Shown in pieces: positions 7,728 to 16,865 of a stretch of DNA of 20,691 nucleotides. A model generated the notes under the pieces. That model did not search any database. It saw nothing but the letters and a program-made list of their open reading frames with translations, and had not been told where the DNA came from. The position numbers were made by a program, and so were the translations under genes. The stretch comes from Planctomycetota bacterium (GTDB lineage: Bacteria; Planctomycetota; GCA-002687715; DRQF01). How positions within the stretch are numbered: position 1 is the first letter of the stretch; each line of letters starts with the position of its first letter. Location of the stretch: NCBI GenBank assembly GCA_027001995.1, contig JALTLO010000056.1:1-20691 (forward strand), given 5' to 3'.

Positions 7728-9545
7728 TTAGCGACCAAGATTCTCGAGGTATTCGCGAACGTCTTTTCTCTCTAACAACGGGTCCTCGGGTATGGCTAGG
7801 TCCATCATGATGAGGAGCATCTCGTCGCGGGCAGACGGCCCCCAGGATACGAGTTTTGGTGGACGATTGGGGTTGAGAGGGTTTTCCGCTGAATTGTCGA
7901 ATGTTCCCGTTAATCGGAGTACACTCCCGGCATGGACGGTTTTCGGTTGGGGAAAGACGTATGGCATCTGCCAATTGAAGTCCCAATCGTTGATACGTAA
8001 GAGTTCGTCTTCCTTGCCATCAGGGTGTTCGACGGAGAATCGAATCTTGCGGCCGAGGAAATGCATGTGGGGGCCCAAGGCCAGAAGCTCCACCGTCAAT
8101 GGTGCGGTTTCTGTGCATTCTGCCACGAATTCGCTGCGCCCAGCGGGGATCGACAGGTCTGCTTTGCGTAGGGCCAAGGTGACGACATGGTGCTTGACCA
8201 CTTCGTTCGCGAAACGCAATCCAATCTTCAAGCGACATTTCGCTGGTTTTCCCCTTTTGGTGAAATGAACTTGAACGACAACATCTGAATGGGCTTTGAT
8301 CGCTTTCGCGTAGCCCGTTGGGAGGGAGTGAGGCAGGGCTCCTAAGGCCCAAGCACCCAGAGTTGCGTCGGGCACAAAACCAGGGTCGCCAAATCGGCGG
8401 TATCCGGGCTTGGGGTCCGCCATGTCCATTTTTCGTGCTGAATCGCTTGTATCGACGAACGCTAACATGTGATGAAAGTTTTCTGCGGGTTCAGGACGAA
8501 ATTCGACGCTCTTGATCAGTCGATTGGTCAGCAAGTTGGATGGCAGCACAAACCAGACGTATTCATCTGGGCCATCTGCGGACAACTCGTATTCCTCTTT
8601 TAGTTGGAGGATGTGGTCCGGGGCACTCTTCCAACCTTTGGGCCAAATGACCTGCGGGGGGGTGTCTTTGGGATCTCCCTTGGGCATTCCGCCATCCACC
8701 CACTCTTTGATTTTTCGTTTCTCGGAATCCAATAGGCGCGCATCCCCGAGGAATCTGTTTCTCGGGCCGGATGCTCGCCATGGGGGCATGGCGCCGGATT
8801 GAGTTTGTTGCACAATGTCTTTGGACATTGTTCTGACCTGCCCGTATGTGATCAAGGAAAAAGGTGCAGGTTCGCCGGGCCGATGACACTTTTGACAATG
8901 ACGTTGGATCAATCCTTGGATATCGCGGTGCCAAGTGATTGATGTGGAAGTAGGTATCTCCGATACCGCTTTCGGGATTAGTCAGCCCCAGGATTCGGTG
9001 TGAACAACTCGTGGTCTCTTCCCATCCAAGAGTGCGGCGATGGCGTTCTGGAGATCGTGGCTCCTGATAGGACGACGTTGTGATTGGCTGGCCCAGCGAT
9101 CGTCAATACGCCCGGAATATTCGATGGCCTGATTTTTGCCAAACAAAAACACTTGACTTGTATTTGTAGCACCTACCGCTTTGACGCTGAGGCGAAGCGG
9201 GTCCTTCAAAATTGTGCAGTCGACTTTGAAATTCTTGGCATGACCCCTGATTGCTTCATCCGATTCGTTGCCCACCATCACCATGATGAACTTAACACCC
9301 CGGTTCTTGAATTTCTCTTGGAGTGAATTCCAAGTTGGCATGTAAGAGTTTGTGATCGGACAAACGGATGTGCAGAACATGAGGACAGTCAGAGTGCTCT
9401 TCGATGACGAAAAAAGAGTGTGGATCTTTCCTTGCGTGTCACAGAGACTCACCGGCGCGATTGACTTTTGGTCCTGGCAAAGAAGGTCGCCAGCCGGTAC
9501 AACGATGCTCAGCAGGACGAAAACTAGGGTATTGAATAGTCTCAT
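7728..9545 (-). CDS. Candidate exported selenoprotein: redoxin (AhpC/TSA-like) + CxxCH cytochrome c + type II copper monooxygenase-like fusion, 605 aa, UGA=Sec at codon 188
   Basis: ORFs 8982..9545 and 7728..8912 are in frame: HTESWG-TGA(8984-8982)-LIPKAVSEIPTSTSITWHRDIQGLIQRHCQKCH. The UGA occupies the Cys of the GCxI motif that follows Y.GRIDD...L..AI.ALL.G in this redoxin family. Other motifs are CTSVCP, CQKCH, and the Cu ligands FHHML, VHF, PHMH and DEM. Confidence 0.85.
8948..8971 (-). other. Candidate bacterial SECIS hairpin downstream of UGA 8984-8982
   Basis: mRNA +15..+29 is GGUAUC-GGA-GAUACC, a perfect 6-bp stem with a G-initiated loop at +21. It is extended by AAG/CUU pairs below a small internal loop. 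Confidence 0.65.
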
Positions 9546-9616
9546 TCTTTTCTCGGGCTGGATAACTCCCAGGGGCGACTTCTGGATCTTCTATGCTTTC
9601 GTGGCCTTAGATTGGC

Positions 9617-9647
9617 AACGATGGTGGGGGAAGCGCCCACCGCCGTC
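9617..9647 (-). other. GC-rich stem-loop just after the radical SAM stop codon; no U-tract
   Basis: Minus strand GACGGCGGTGGG-CGCTTCC-CCCACCATCGTT: 12-position stem with one mismatch and two G-U pairs. Confidence 0.5.
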
Positions 9648-9652
9648 CTCAT

Positions 9653-11386
9653 CTATTCTTGTCGACAGAACTCAACGACTTCGGGTTTAATTGTCATGGG
9701 GCGTTCCAAGCCAGAGAGGTCCATGCCGGATTCGACGAGGTGGGGGAGGTGCCCACCGTTACAAACCAATGTGCGGTTATTGTTGACTGAGAGCATGTTC
9801 TTCAGTTGCTGGACTTCATCTGGTTGCATGCCGGTTGAGACCACGTATTCGCAATGATCGTTATCCTGACTCAGGATAGTGACGCCGTAGTGTTCTGGAT
9901 TCTTAAATACTTCCGTATCTGGGTGAAGTAGGAAGTCGCCGACGAATGCCGTCAGGCCAAAGTCCGCTCTATGGTCAAAGAGAAATTTGGCTGTGTTCAT
10001 GACGTCTTGCCGATCTTCCGTGGGGAAGCCAATAAACCAAAGTAGCTCGGCGGAGACACCGGCCTTTCGAAGGTTCTTAAGCATCTGGGGGAGATCGTTG
10101 AGGTCGTAGCCTTTCTCCATAAGGTTGAGTACGTCTTGATTTGCGGACTCAAAGCCCATAAGGAGGCTCTTGCATCCACCTTCACCTAAGAGTTGGCAAT
10201 ACTCGGGGTTCAAGAGAGCTTTTTCAAATTTCATGCCGCCACCCCAATGAACCTCAAGATTCTCGTCTTTGACGATCTGCGCCAAATTCTTGGCACCATT
10301 GGGCGGAATACTCGAGTCTTGCATGTAGATATAGCGTGCCCCATACCGTTCAGCTAAGTCTTTGACGTCGGCGCGAATCTTGTCCGAGCTCGATTGGCGG
10401 TAGTTTTCACGCCAACCGATGCTGCAGAAAGTGCACTTGCCCCAATAACAACCTCGAGAAATCATCAGTGGATAGACTGGGCCTGGGGTCAAATAAAGAT
10501 CCATGTCTGCCGTGTCGAAGTCTGGAATCGGCAGGTCATCCATCGGCTCGAGGTAGGCCGTTTCTGTGGTGCGAATGAGCTCCTTGTTCGCATTTAAGTA
10601 GATGAAATTGCGGGCATCTTCGAGTTTTGCATGGCCTTCCAAGGCCGCGACGAGCTCGACGATGGCTGTTTCACCATCGCCGAAACAAATTGTATCGGTG
10701 AACTCGAAGATCCAATTGTTAGTCAACCATTTGTCGAGATAGAGCGAAATTAGAGGGCCACCCATGCTTATGTGTAGGCTGGGCTTTCTTGCTCTCAAGA
10801 GGCGCGCCAATCGGACCGCTTCAACCGCTTGTTCTGGGAATGCCACGGAGATCGCGATCATTTCTGGGGCATCTTGCAAGACCGAGTCCAAGAAGACTTC
10901 TTCGTAAAGGTCTCTCACAGGGGACCATGGGTCCGCGACTTGTTGTGCGATCATATCAGCACCAAAATTTTCTCGATGCGGCGAGATGACTGGATCCAGC
11001 TGGTAATAGAAGCCCAATACATCAACCACTGTCCAAAACGCTTTCTTGAACAAAGGCTGGTCGAAGCACCGGACTCGGTCGCGCAAAATGTGTTTACAAT
11101 TCTCCCCATCCAAGACTTTCTCTTCCAATTGGGCAAGCATCTCCGTCAAACGATCTGCTTCGCCGCCTTGTCCTTGGTGGCGCAGTTGTTCGATTAATTG
11201 TCGAGCGCCATGAAGGATCATCTCTGATCTTTGACGATTCAAAAATAGATCTGCCGCCATGGCGTTGAGATCATAGATTCGAGGTTCGTGGCCAGCGTTC
11301 TTGAGCGCCGCTGCCAGCAGGGGGAGCGAGTGATACATGGGGTTGGGAAGGCACAACGAATTGGGAAATACGACAGAGACTCTCAT
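9653..11386 (-). CDS. Cobalamin-binding radical SAM protein (class B methyltransferase-like)
   Basis: B12-domain features (SLPLLAAALKNAGH, ISMGGP, GDGE), SRGCYWGKCTFC, GFESANQDVLNLMEKG, FIGFPTE. Start placed at ATG 11386 (MRVSVVFPN) rather than 11446. Confidence 0.92.
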   Translation of the reverse strand: MRVSVVFPNSLCLPNPMYHSLPLLAAALKNAGHEPRIYDLNAMAADLFLNRQRSEMILHGARQLIEQLRHQGQGGEADRLTEMLAQLEEKVLDGENCKHILRDRVRCFDQPLFKKAFWTVVDVLGFYYQLDPVISPHRENFGADMIAQQVADPWSPVRDLYEEVFLDSVLQDAPEMIAISVAFPEQAVEAVRLARLLRARKPSLHISMGGPLISLYLDKWLTNNWIFEFTDTICFGDGETAIVELVAALEGHAKLEDARNFIYLNANKELIRTTETAYLEPMDDLPIPDFDTADMDLYLTPGPVYPLMISRGCYWGKCTFCSIGWRENYRQSSSDKIRADVKDLAERYGARYIYMQDSSIPPNGAKNLAQIVKDENLEVHWGGGMKFEKALLNPEYCQLLGEGGCKSLLMGFESANQDVLNLMEKGYDLNDLPQMLKNLRKAGVSAELLWFIGFPTEDRQDVMNTAKFLFDHRADFGLTAFVGDFLLHPDTEVFKNPEHYGVTILSQDNDHCEYVVSTGMQPDEVQQLKNMLSVNNNRTLVCNGGHLPHLVESGMDLSGLERPMTIKPEVVEFCRQE

Positions 11387-11463
11387 AGTTGGCTCAACAT
11401 CGATCAAGGAAAAGAAGGTGCGACCTAACAGATTCGCATCGCCCACCCTAGTAGAGTAGACTA

Positions 11464-13296
11464 TTGTCGAATCTTGGTAAACAACTATCGGACTCAGCGT
11501 TCAGGAATCTATCGGGTATGGATCAATGTTCTCAAGAGGTGACAGAGTCAGGGATCTTTTGGACCTTAGGAGGTATTCGACGTCGAGCCGACATCCTCGA
11601 TCATGCCCAGGCTAGCAGCGGCGGAGGGGTCTGGTCTTCATCAAACATCTTCGGGTTTCGCGCTACCATTGATTTTGATCCTCGGGGCCGTGTTCCAGCG
11701 TGCTGGATATCGCGGGGGCAGTTCGACGACAGAGGTGCCTTTGATCAAGCCAAGGATTGTCTCGAGCAAGATTCTGCCGCTTGGGTCATTCCTGATTTGG
11801 TGAGTTGCTCGCCACCATGGTGGGATGAAGAGAACCAGTCAGAACTTGTTGTATGGGGAGATGGGAAAGAAAAGCATACGTTCGCGCTCAGTAGCAAGGA
11901 AACCATCGCGAGTTTGGGCTCTCGGAAATGGCGTGATGTCATGCGCGAGAACTTGAGACGATTCGTCGAGGTTTGGGAGGCCGGTCCCTATGGTGGTGTT
12001 ACACCGGCATATTGTCTGGGTTATGGCACTTTTGATTCCTGGATTCATCACGGATCAACGGAAGGGTACTTCGCGGACTACAACCCATACCTCTTGGATG
12101 AATTTCGCATCTGGTTGGGGCACCAATATGGGACTGTTCAAGAGTTGGAAAAGGCTTGGGGCCGCAGCATCCAATGTGAATCTGATTGCGTTCCGACCGC
12201 GTTACGACGCATGGAAGTGGCACCCACTGGATTCCGGGACCCTGTAGACAATCGTGATGCTATTGATTTTGAGTGGTTCTTGGCAGACTTCACCGCCACA
12301 TTGTTCATGGACATGGCGGAGGTCGTTAAGTTAGTAACTCAGAATCGCAAGTTGTTTGGGGCGCGCTATGGCGACTTTATGAACTTGGCAGCGGTTCAAA
12401 ATGGTATTCAAAATAGCGGTTGCTTGGGGTTAGGGAAAGTTCTTGATTGCGAAGCAATTGATTTTTTGGTGGGGAGCCAAGTGGATTGGTGTGGGCACGA
12501 AGATGCTGTTTTTCCGGCGCTGCCCGCCGCAAGCTGTCAGCTGCATGGAAAGGCCTTTTTTCTTTCTACCGCAATCTGGACAGGGCAGACACATCTTTCA
12601 GCCCGTGAAACCCGAGCTAATCATGGTTTCGCTCGTGGCCGAGGTTATGGGTCTTGGTCTCATCAAGAAGTCAGCGAGGTGGTGTCCGGCCGATCCAAGG
12701 CCGAGGTCGCTTTCGTATTGGACGACTTGAGTTTTCTCTATGTCCAAAGGGCTAAGGAGCAGTTTCGTTTTGTGCTTCACCGGCAAGCTTTGGAACTGGC
12801 AGCCCTGGGAATCCCTTTTGACTTTATTCTTCAAAGAGACTTGTATGATGTGGAGCCATATCGCTTCCTCATGTTCCCAAACACGGCATTCGCTTCGGAT
12901 GAGACTCGTCAACGTTTGCCATCATTGTTGAGTGGCTGGAAAGCAACGGCCTTGTGGTTGGTAGCGCCAGGATTCGCGAATACGGATGTGGCGTTTGAGA
13001 ACGCAGAGAGCCTGACGGGGTTCAAGCTTCATAAACCGGAGGAGCCCCATAGTGTCATGGCCTCCGTGGGCTATGAAGGTATCAATTTGAGCTTTGGTAC
13101 CGAGGAACTGCGGGCCCACACGCCTTTTTTTGACGAGGGCCCATACCGGGTTATGGGGAGATACGTTGAGTCGGGTTTGCCGGCCCTTGGTGAATGTTCC
13201 AAAGGCAGCATGCGCTCAATTTTTTCCGCAGTCCCGGGAGTTCCAGCGATCCTGTTGCGGAAGTTTTGTTTCGAGGCTGGGGTTTCCCTTGGGTGA
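11464..13296 (+). CDS. Beta-galactosidase (GH42)-like protein, possibly degenerate
   Basis: DY......FRIWLGHQYGTVQELEKAWG, S.CQLHGK, and a trimerisation-like domain (GIPFDFILQRDL...YRFLMFPN). No signal peptide. The true start may be ATG 11518 (AGGA upstream). Confidence 0.72.
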   Translation: MSNLGKQLSDSAFRNLSGMDQCSQEVTESGIFWTLGGIRRRADILDHAQASSGGGVWSSSNIFGFRATIDFDPRGRVPACWISRGQFDDRGAFDQAKDCLEQDSAAWVIPDLVSCSPPWWDEENQSELVVWGDGKEKHTFALSSKETIASLGSRKWRDVMRENLRRFVEVWEAGPYGGVTPAYCLGYGTFDSWIHHGSTEGYFADYNPYLLDEFRIWLGHQYGTVQELEKAWGRSIQCESDCVPTALRRMEVAPTGFRDPVDNRDAIDFEWFLADFTATLFMDMAEVVKLVTQNRKLFGARYGDFMNLAAVQNGIQNSGCLGLGKVLDCEAIDFLVGSQVDWCGHEDAVFPALPAASCQLHGKAFFLSTAIWTGQTHLSARETRANHGFARGRGYGSWSHQEVSEVVSGRSKAEVAFVLDDLSFLYVQRAKEQFRFVLHRQALELAALGIPFDFILQRDLYDVEPYRFLMFPNTAFASDETRQRLPSLLSGWKATALWLVAPGFANTDVAFENAESLTGFKLHKPEEPHSVMASVGYEGINLSFGTEELRAHTPFFDEGPYRVMGRYVESGLPALGECSKGSMRSIFSAVPGVPAILLRKFCFEAGVSLG

Positions 13297-13462
13297 ACGG
13301 ATTCTCGTGCCTTTGGGATGTTCTGCCCAATCATTCTTGAAAAAGATATTCGCATTGCTCAGGTAGTTGATTAAGATCGCGTATCTTCCACGATTACCAT
13401 GGTCTATGACCTGGGCAGGGCAGAGAATTCTCAGCCCTCTCAGGGGGCGTTGACTTACAGCC

Positions 13463-15064
13463 GTGCAGGCGGAGTCTTTCTCAATTGGAGCCGTAGTTCT
13501 CTTGAATATCACGTTAGCTCCCCGCGGAGGACTAAGTCACAGCGGAGGGAAGGTCGTCTTGTTCTTCCCCAAGTTTCGGGCACCGCAGCATCCCGTCTGG
13601 ATGCCACTCGAAATCATGACGCTTGGTGTCTCCTTGTGTGACGCTGGCTTCGAAGTCCAACTGATCGACGAGAGAACCGAGCCTGACGCCGTAGGGATTG
13701 CTAATGTTGCTGTTCAGGGGGCCTTGTTCATCGGAATCTCAGCTCGTCCTGGCGACCAGGTTGATCGATCCTTGGAACTTTTCGACTTGCTCAAGGAACA
13801 TCACCCTGGCACTCCGATTGTCTGGGGTGGGTGGTTTCCTTCGACATTTCCGGACGCCTGTTTGAAGATTGAGAACCTTGATTTTGTAGTTCAAGGAGGA
13901 GCGGATACATCCTTAGTTGAACTTGCTTTGCGTATCCGTGACGCCGATGGAGATGTGCGAGGGCTCAAGGGCGTGAATGCTCGTGATGGGAAGAATATTG
14001 TACGCAATCCACGACGGCCTCTTGAGAACCTTGCCAAGACACCGAGAATCCCCTGGGCTTTGTTTCCCGTTCACGAATATCTCACAGCTGATGGTTGTAT
14101 CAATCTCTACACCAGTCGCGGGTGCCCAGGGCGTTGTCGGTTCTGTGGTGTCCCCAGTGTCTTTCCCGGAGTTTGGACTGGCTACGAAGCCGAGAGAGTT
14201 GTCGATGATATTGAGACGCTTCATGGAATGGGGGGACGAATTTTTAAGGTTCTCGATACGGATATGTTTCCCGACCACGAACGTGTACGGGAGATCTGCC
14301 GTCTCCTCATCCAACGCGACTTGAATATTCGTTGGATTGCAGACGTCCGAATAAAGGACGTGATTCAGTTTGACTCGGAAATGTGGGACTTGTTGCGCCG
14401 TAGTGGTTGCGCCGAGTTGGAAACTGGAGGTGAATCTGGAGCCGAAGACCTACTTGACGCGATGCAAAAGGAATGCACTGCTGGAGAAATCTACGATGGC
14501 GTGAAAGTGATTGTCGACCACGGGATTGCAGCTCGAGTTAACTTCATCTTGGGATTGCCGAATGAAACCAAGAATCTGCTCAATGAAACCCTGCGCCTTG
14601 TTCATCGGATCGGACTTCTGGGACCCAAAGCCAAATTCCAATTCTATCGTTTCACCCCCTCTCCAGCGACGCGGTTTGGTTCAGAAACTTGGCACTCCAA
14701 AAATTCAAGGCACGATGGAAGCGTGCCTGTGGATGTTCGAGCTCTCAATGGCGTGCCCATCAACCATGATAAAGCTCCTATGTTTTGGTTGAAGAAATCG
14801 GACGAGGCAAGAGTTAAGCGTTTCTACTATTTGCACCTGCCATTGGCCTACTACTTCCAAGATGACGGGCGAAAAGGGATCAAGCGTTGGGGATTGAGGT
14901 TGCTCATGAAATTGGCGAGGGCGCGGATTCGTTTTGGATTTTCATCGCTTCCCTTCGAGAGCTTTCTTTGTGATGCCTTTGATCGTCCGCTCCCGAGATC
15001 GAGAGAGCATGAGTGGCTTGAACTCAATGAGGCAGCCAGCGCCGAGATGCCAATTGTGGAATAG
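13463..15064 (+). CDS. Cobalamin-binding radical SAM protein
   Basis: PLEIMTLG...GFEVQLIDER, IVWGGWFPS, TSRGCPGRCRFC, GGESG, NFILGLPNET. Start codon uncertain (GTG 13463 or TTG 13502). Confidence 0.92.
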   Translation: MQAESFSIGAVVLLNITLAPRGGLSHSGGKVVLFFPKFRAPQHPVWMPLEIMTLGVSLCDAGFEVQLIDERTEPDAVGIANVAVQGALFIGISARPGDQVDRSLELFDLLKEHHPGTPIVWGGWFPSTFPDACLKIENLDFVVQGGADTSLVELALRIRDADGDVRGLKGVNARDGKNIVRNPRRPLENLAKTPRIPWALFPVHEYLTADGCINLYTSRGCPGRCRFCGVPSVFPGVWTGYEAERVVDDIETLHGMGGRIFKVLDTDMFPDHERVREICRLLIQRDLNIRWIADVRIKDVIQFDSEMWDLLRRSGCAELETGGESGAEDLLDAMQKECTAGEIYDGVKVIVDHGIAARVNFILGLPNETKNLLNETLRLVHRIGLLGPKAKFQFYRFTPSPATRFGSETWHSKNSRHDGSVPVDVRALNGVPINHDKAPMFWLKKSDEARVKRFYYLHLPLAYYFQDDGRKGIKRWGLRLLMKLARARIRFGFSSLPFESFLCDAFDRPLPRSREHEWLELNEAASAEMPIVE

Positions 15065-15149
15065 TTGGAGGGTGCGAGATCAAGGAGAACCGTTGGCCGC
15101 TAGCCTCGTAAAACGGGTGAACCTGTTGGTTTGGGACCAACCATCCTGT

Positions 15150-16706
15150 CTAACTCCGTATCTCGTTGTTGAATGGATAGTAGGTCCCATGATGAGGGAT
15201 TCCGCCTGCCTCACGCAGTAACTTCGCAATTTTTGACCGAACAACTTCGCTGACCGGAAGGGTCTGGAGATCGTATCCTGTTTCTGTGACGCAGAAATCT
15301 ATGTATTCGGCGATGGAGGTCTTGGAATGGCAATCGTCGGTTAAGTCGATCATTCTGGTCAGGCGATAGTCATCGAAATGAAACTTGAGAGACGTGTCCT
15401 GGATCATCTTTCGGATTTCAGCTGGGCTGACTTCGGTGAACCAATCCTGGCTGTCCTGGGGTACGGTGGAGTAGCCAAATTCCGCATCCATCTTACCGTT
15501 CGTTAGATCCGTAACTTGATTGCGAATCTCAGTGCCTTCGAATGGCTGGACATGAAACATGAGCGCCATGTGGGCCGCCGACGACAGTAGGTCGTCGATT
15601 GTCAGTTGCATTTCCTTCCGTGTCTCGGTGGGGAATCCAAACATAGTAAAGGTCGATGTAAAAATGTTGTACTTATCAGAAAGTTCGATCGCCTGTCGAA
15701 GACGATCCAGCTTGTTGTGCTTCTTGACAAGTTTCTGAATGCGTGGGGAGGCACTCTCAATGGCGAGGCTCCAGTGGTAGGTCCCTGCTTCTTTGGCTGC
15801 TGCGATAAACTCTTCTGTCATGAGGTCACCACGCAGACCGTTGGGGAAAGCGAAGGACAATTTCCAATTGCGTTTCACGACTCCATCAAAAAAATCTATG
15901 GCTCTTTTTCGATCGGCGTTGAAGATGTCGTCGACGATTTGAAACTCAGTGACGCCATGGCTGGCCATGAGTCCTTCCATTTCAGTATAGACGTTCTCAA
16001 TGCTTCTTTTTCTCACTGTCTTGCCGAAATGGTCGTGACAGTATGTGCACTGGAAATAACATCCCCGCGTTGTGAAAAGCGATGTTGCTTTTCCTTTGGG
16101 ACGAAGGCCAGTCATGGTCTTAAACTCTTGATAGGCGTCAAGGTCGATTCCCGTGTAGTCTGGGAATTCGATCGTATCCAAGTCTGAGATGAGTGGGCGT
16201 GAGCCTGACGTCCTGCGTCCCTTGCCATCCCACCACTGAACTCCAGTAACATTGTGCCCATTTCCACCGGCCAAGATATCGGCGACCAGTTCAACGAAGG
16301 TGATTTCCCCTTCCAAAGGCACGATAAGATCGATGTTGGAGTCCTTGAATAGGCTAAGGGAGAGAGTTGCTGCGTGTGGTCCCCCCGCAACAACGATGCA
16401 GCTCGGGTTAGCTGCCTTAGCGATTTCGGCTACCATGGGATAAACATCGCTTTGCGACGAGAACCCTCGAATGCCAATGATGTCTGGTTGGACGTCCGCG
16501 AGGAATGACTCCGCCACTGGGCGCAGGAATGTTTGTTGTGGTATCAAGCCCATGTCGCCCACGATGATCTCAACACGATCACCAAATTGGGCGCGAAGGG
16601 CGGCGGAGATGTATTGAATCCCCAGAGGGACCATGACGATTTCCCAGTTGTCTTTCTCGGAAGCGAGATTCACTAGGGCAATCTTTAGAGTTCTTAGTGT
16701 CGTCAC
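15150..16706 (-). CDS. Cobalamin-binding radical SAM protein
   Basis: PLGIQYISAAL, VVAGGPHAA, EGE, TTRGCYFQCTYC, DDIFN, FPNGLRGD, MFGFPTET. GTG start preceded by GAGG. Confidence 0.93.
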   Translation of the reverse strand: MTTLRTLKIALVNLASEKDNWEIVMVPLGIQYISAALRAQFGDRVEIIVGDMGLIPQQTFLRPVAESFLADVQPDIIGIRGFSSQSDVYPMVAEIAKAANPSCIVVAGGPHAATLSLSLFKDSNIDLIVPLEGEITFVELVADILAGGNGHNVTGVQWWDGKGRRTSGSRPLISDLDTIEFPDYTGIDLDAYQEFKTMTGLRPKGKATSLFTTRGCYFQCTYCHDHFGKTVRKRSIENVYTEMEGLMASHGVTEFQIVDDIFNADRKRAIDFFDGVVKRNWKLSFAFPNGLRGDLMTEEFIAAAKEAGTYHWSLAIESASPRIQKLVKKHNKLDRLRQAIELSDKYNIFTSTFTMFGFPTETRKEMQLTIDDLLSSAAHMALMFHVQPFEGTEIRNQVTDLTNGKMDAEFGYSTVPQDSQDWFTEVSPAEIRKMIQDTSLKFHFDDYRLTRMIDLTDDCHSKTSIAEYIDFCVTETGYDLQTLPVSEVVRSKIAKLLREAGGIPHHGTYYPFNNEIRS

Positions 16707-16796
16707 GTTTTTGCCTCGGTCGAGATCTTATCATATCAGAGAGCAGTTGGTAGAGTCCTCAATGACGGTTCGTTAGGCCAAGGTTGCTGACGATAT

Positions 16797-16813
16797 GTTA
16801 CTAAGCCGTTACT
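16797..16813 (+). promoter_or_regulatory. Putative OmpR-family binding site (GTTACT-N5-GTTACT)
   Basis: Direct hexamer repeat with an 11-bp period at 16797-16802 and 16808-16813, about 50 nt upstream of an operon encoding an OmpR-type regulator. Confidence 0.45.
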
Positions 16814-16865
16814 CAGGCTGGCTCCAGGATGACTACAAATAGTGAGTCACTTTCTGGAGGTCATC

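Noticed and set aside
6423..9545. Alternative genetic code (UGA=Trp/Gly) as the explanation for the in-frame TGAs
   Set aside because: TGA and TAA are interchangeable at the paralogous stops 281/3890, TGA ends the response regulator in an ATGA overlap, and the other long ORFs have no internal TGA.
13294..13374. Third UGA read-through at the end of the GH42-like gene
   Set aside because: Read-through would add only about 25 codons with no recognisable motif, and the position is not a redox-Cys site.
13297..13462. RiPP precursor peptide for the radical SAM cluster
   Set aside because: No standalone short ORF with an RBS and leader/core character was found here or in the other short intergenic gaps.
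15065..15149. Bidirectional terminator between convergent rSAM genes
   Set aside because: Only a short GTTGGT/ACCAAC stem (15125-15141) with no U-tract on either strand.
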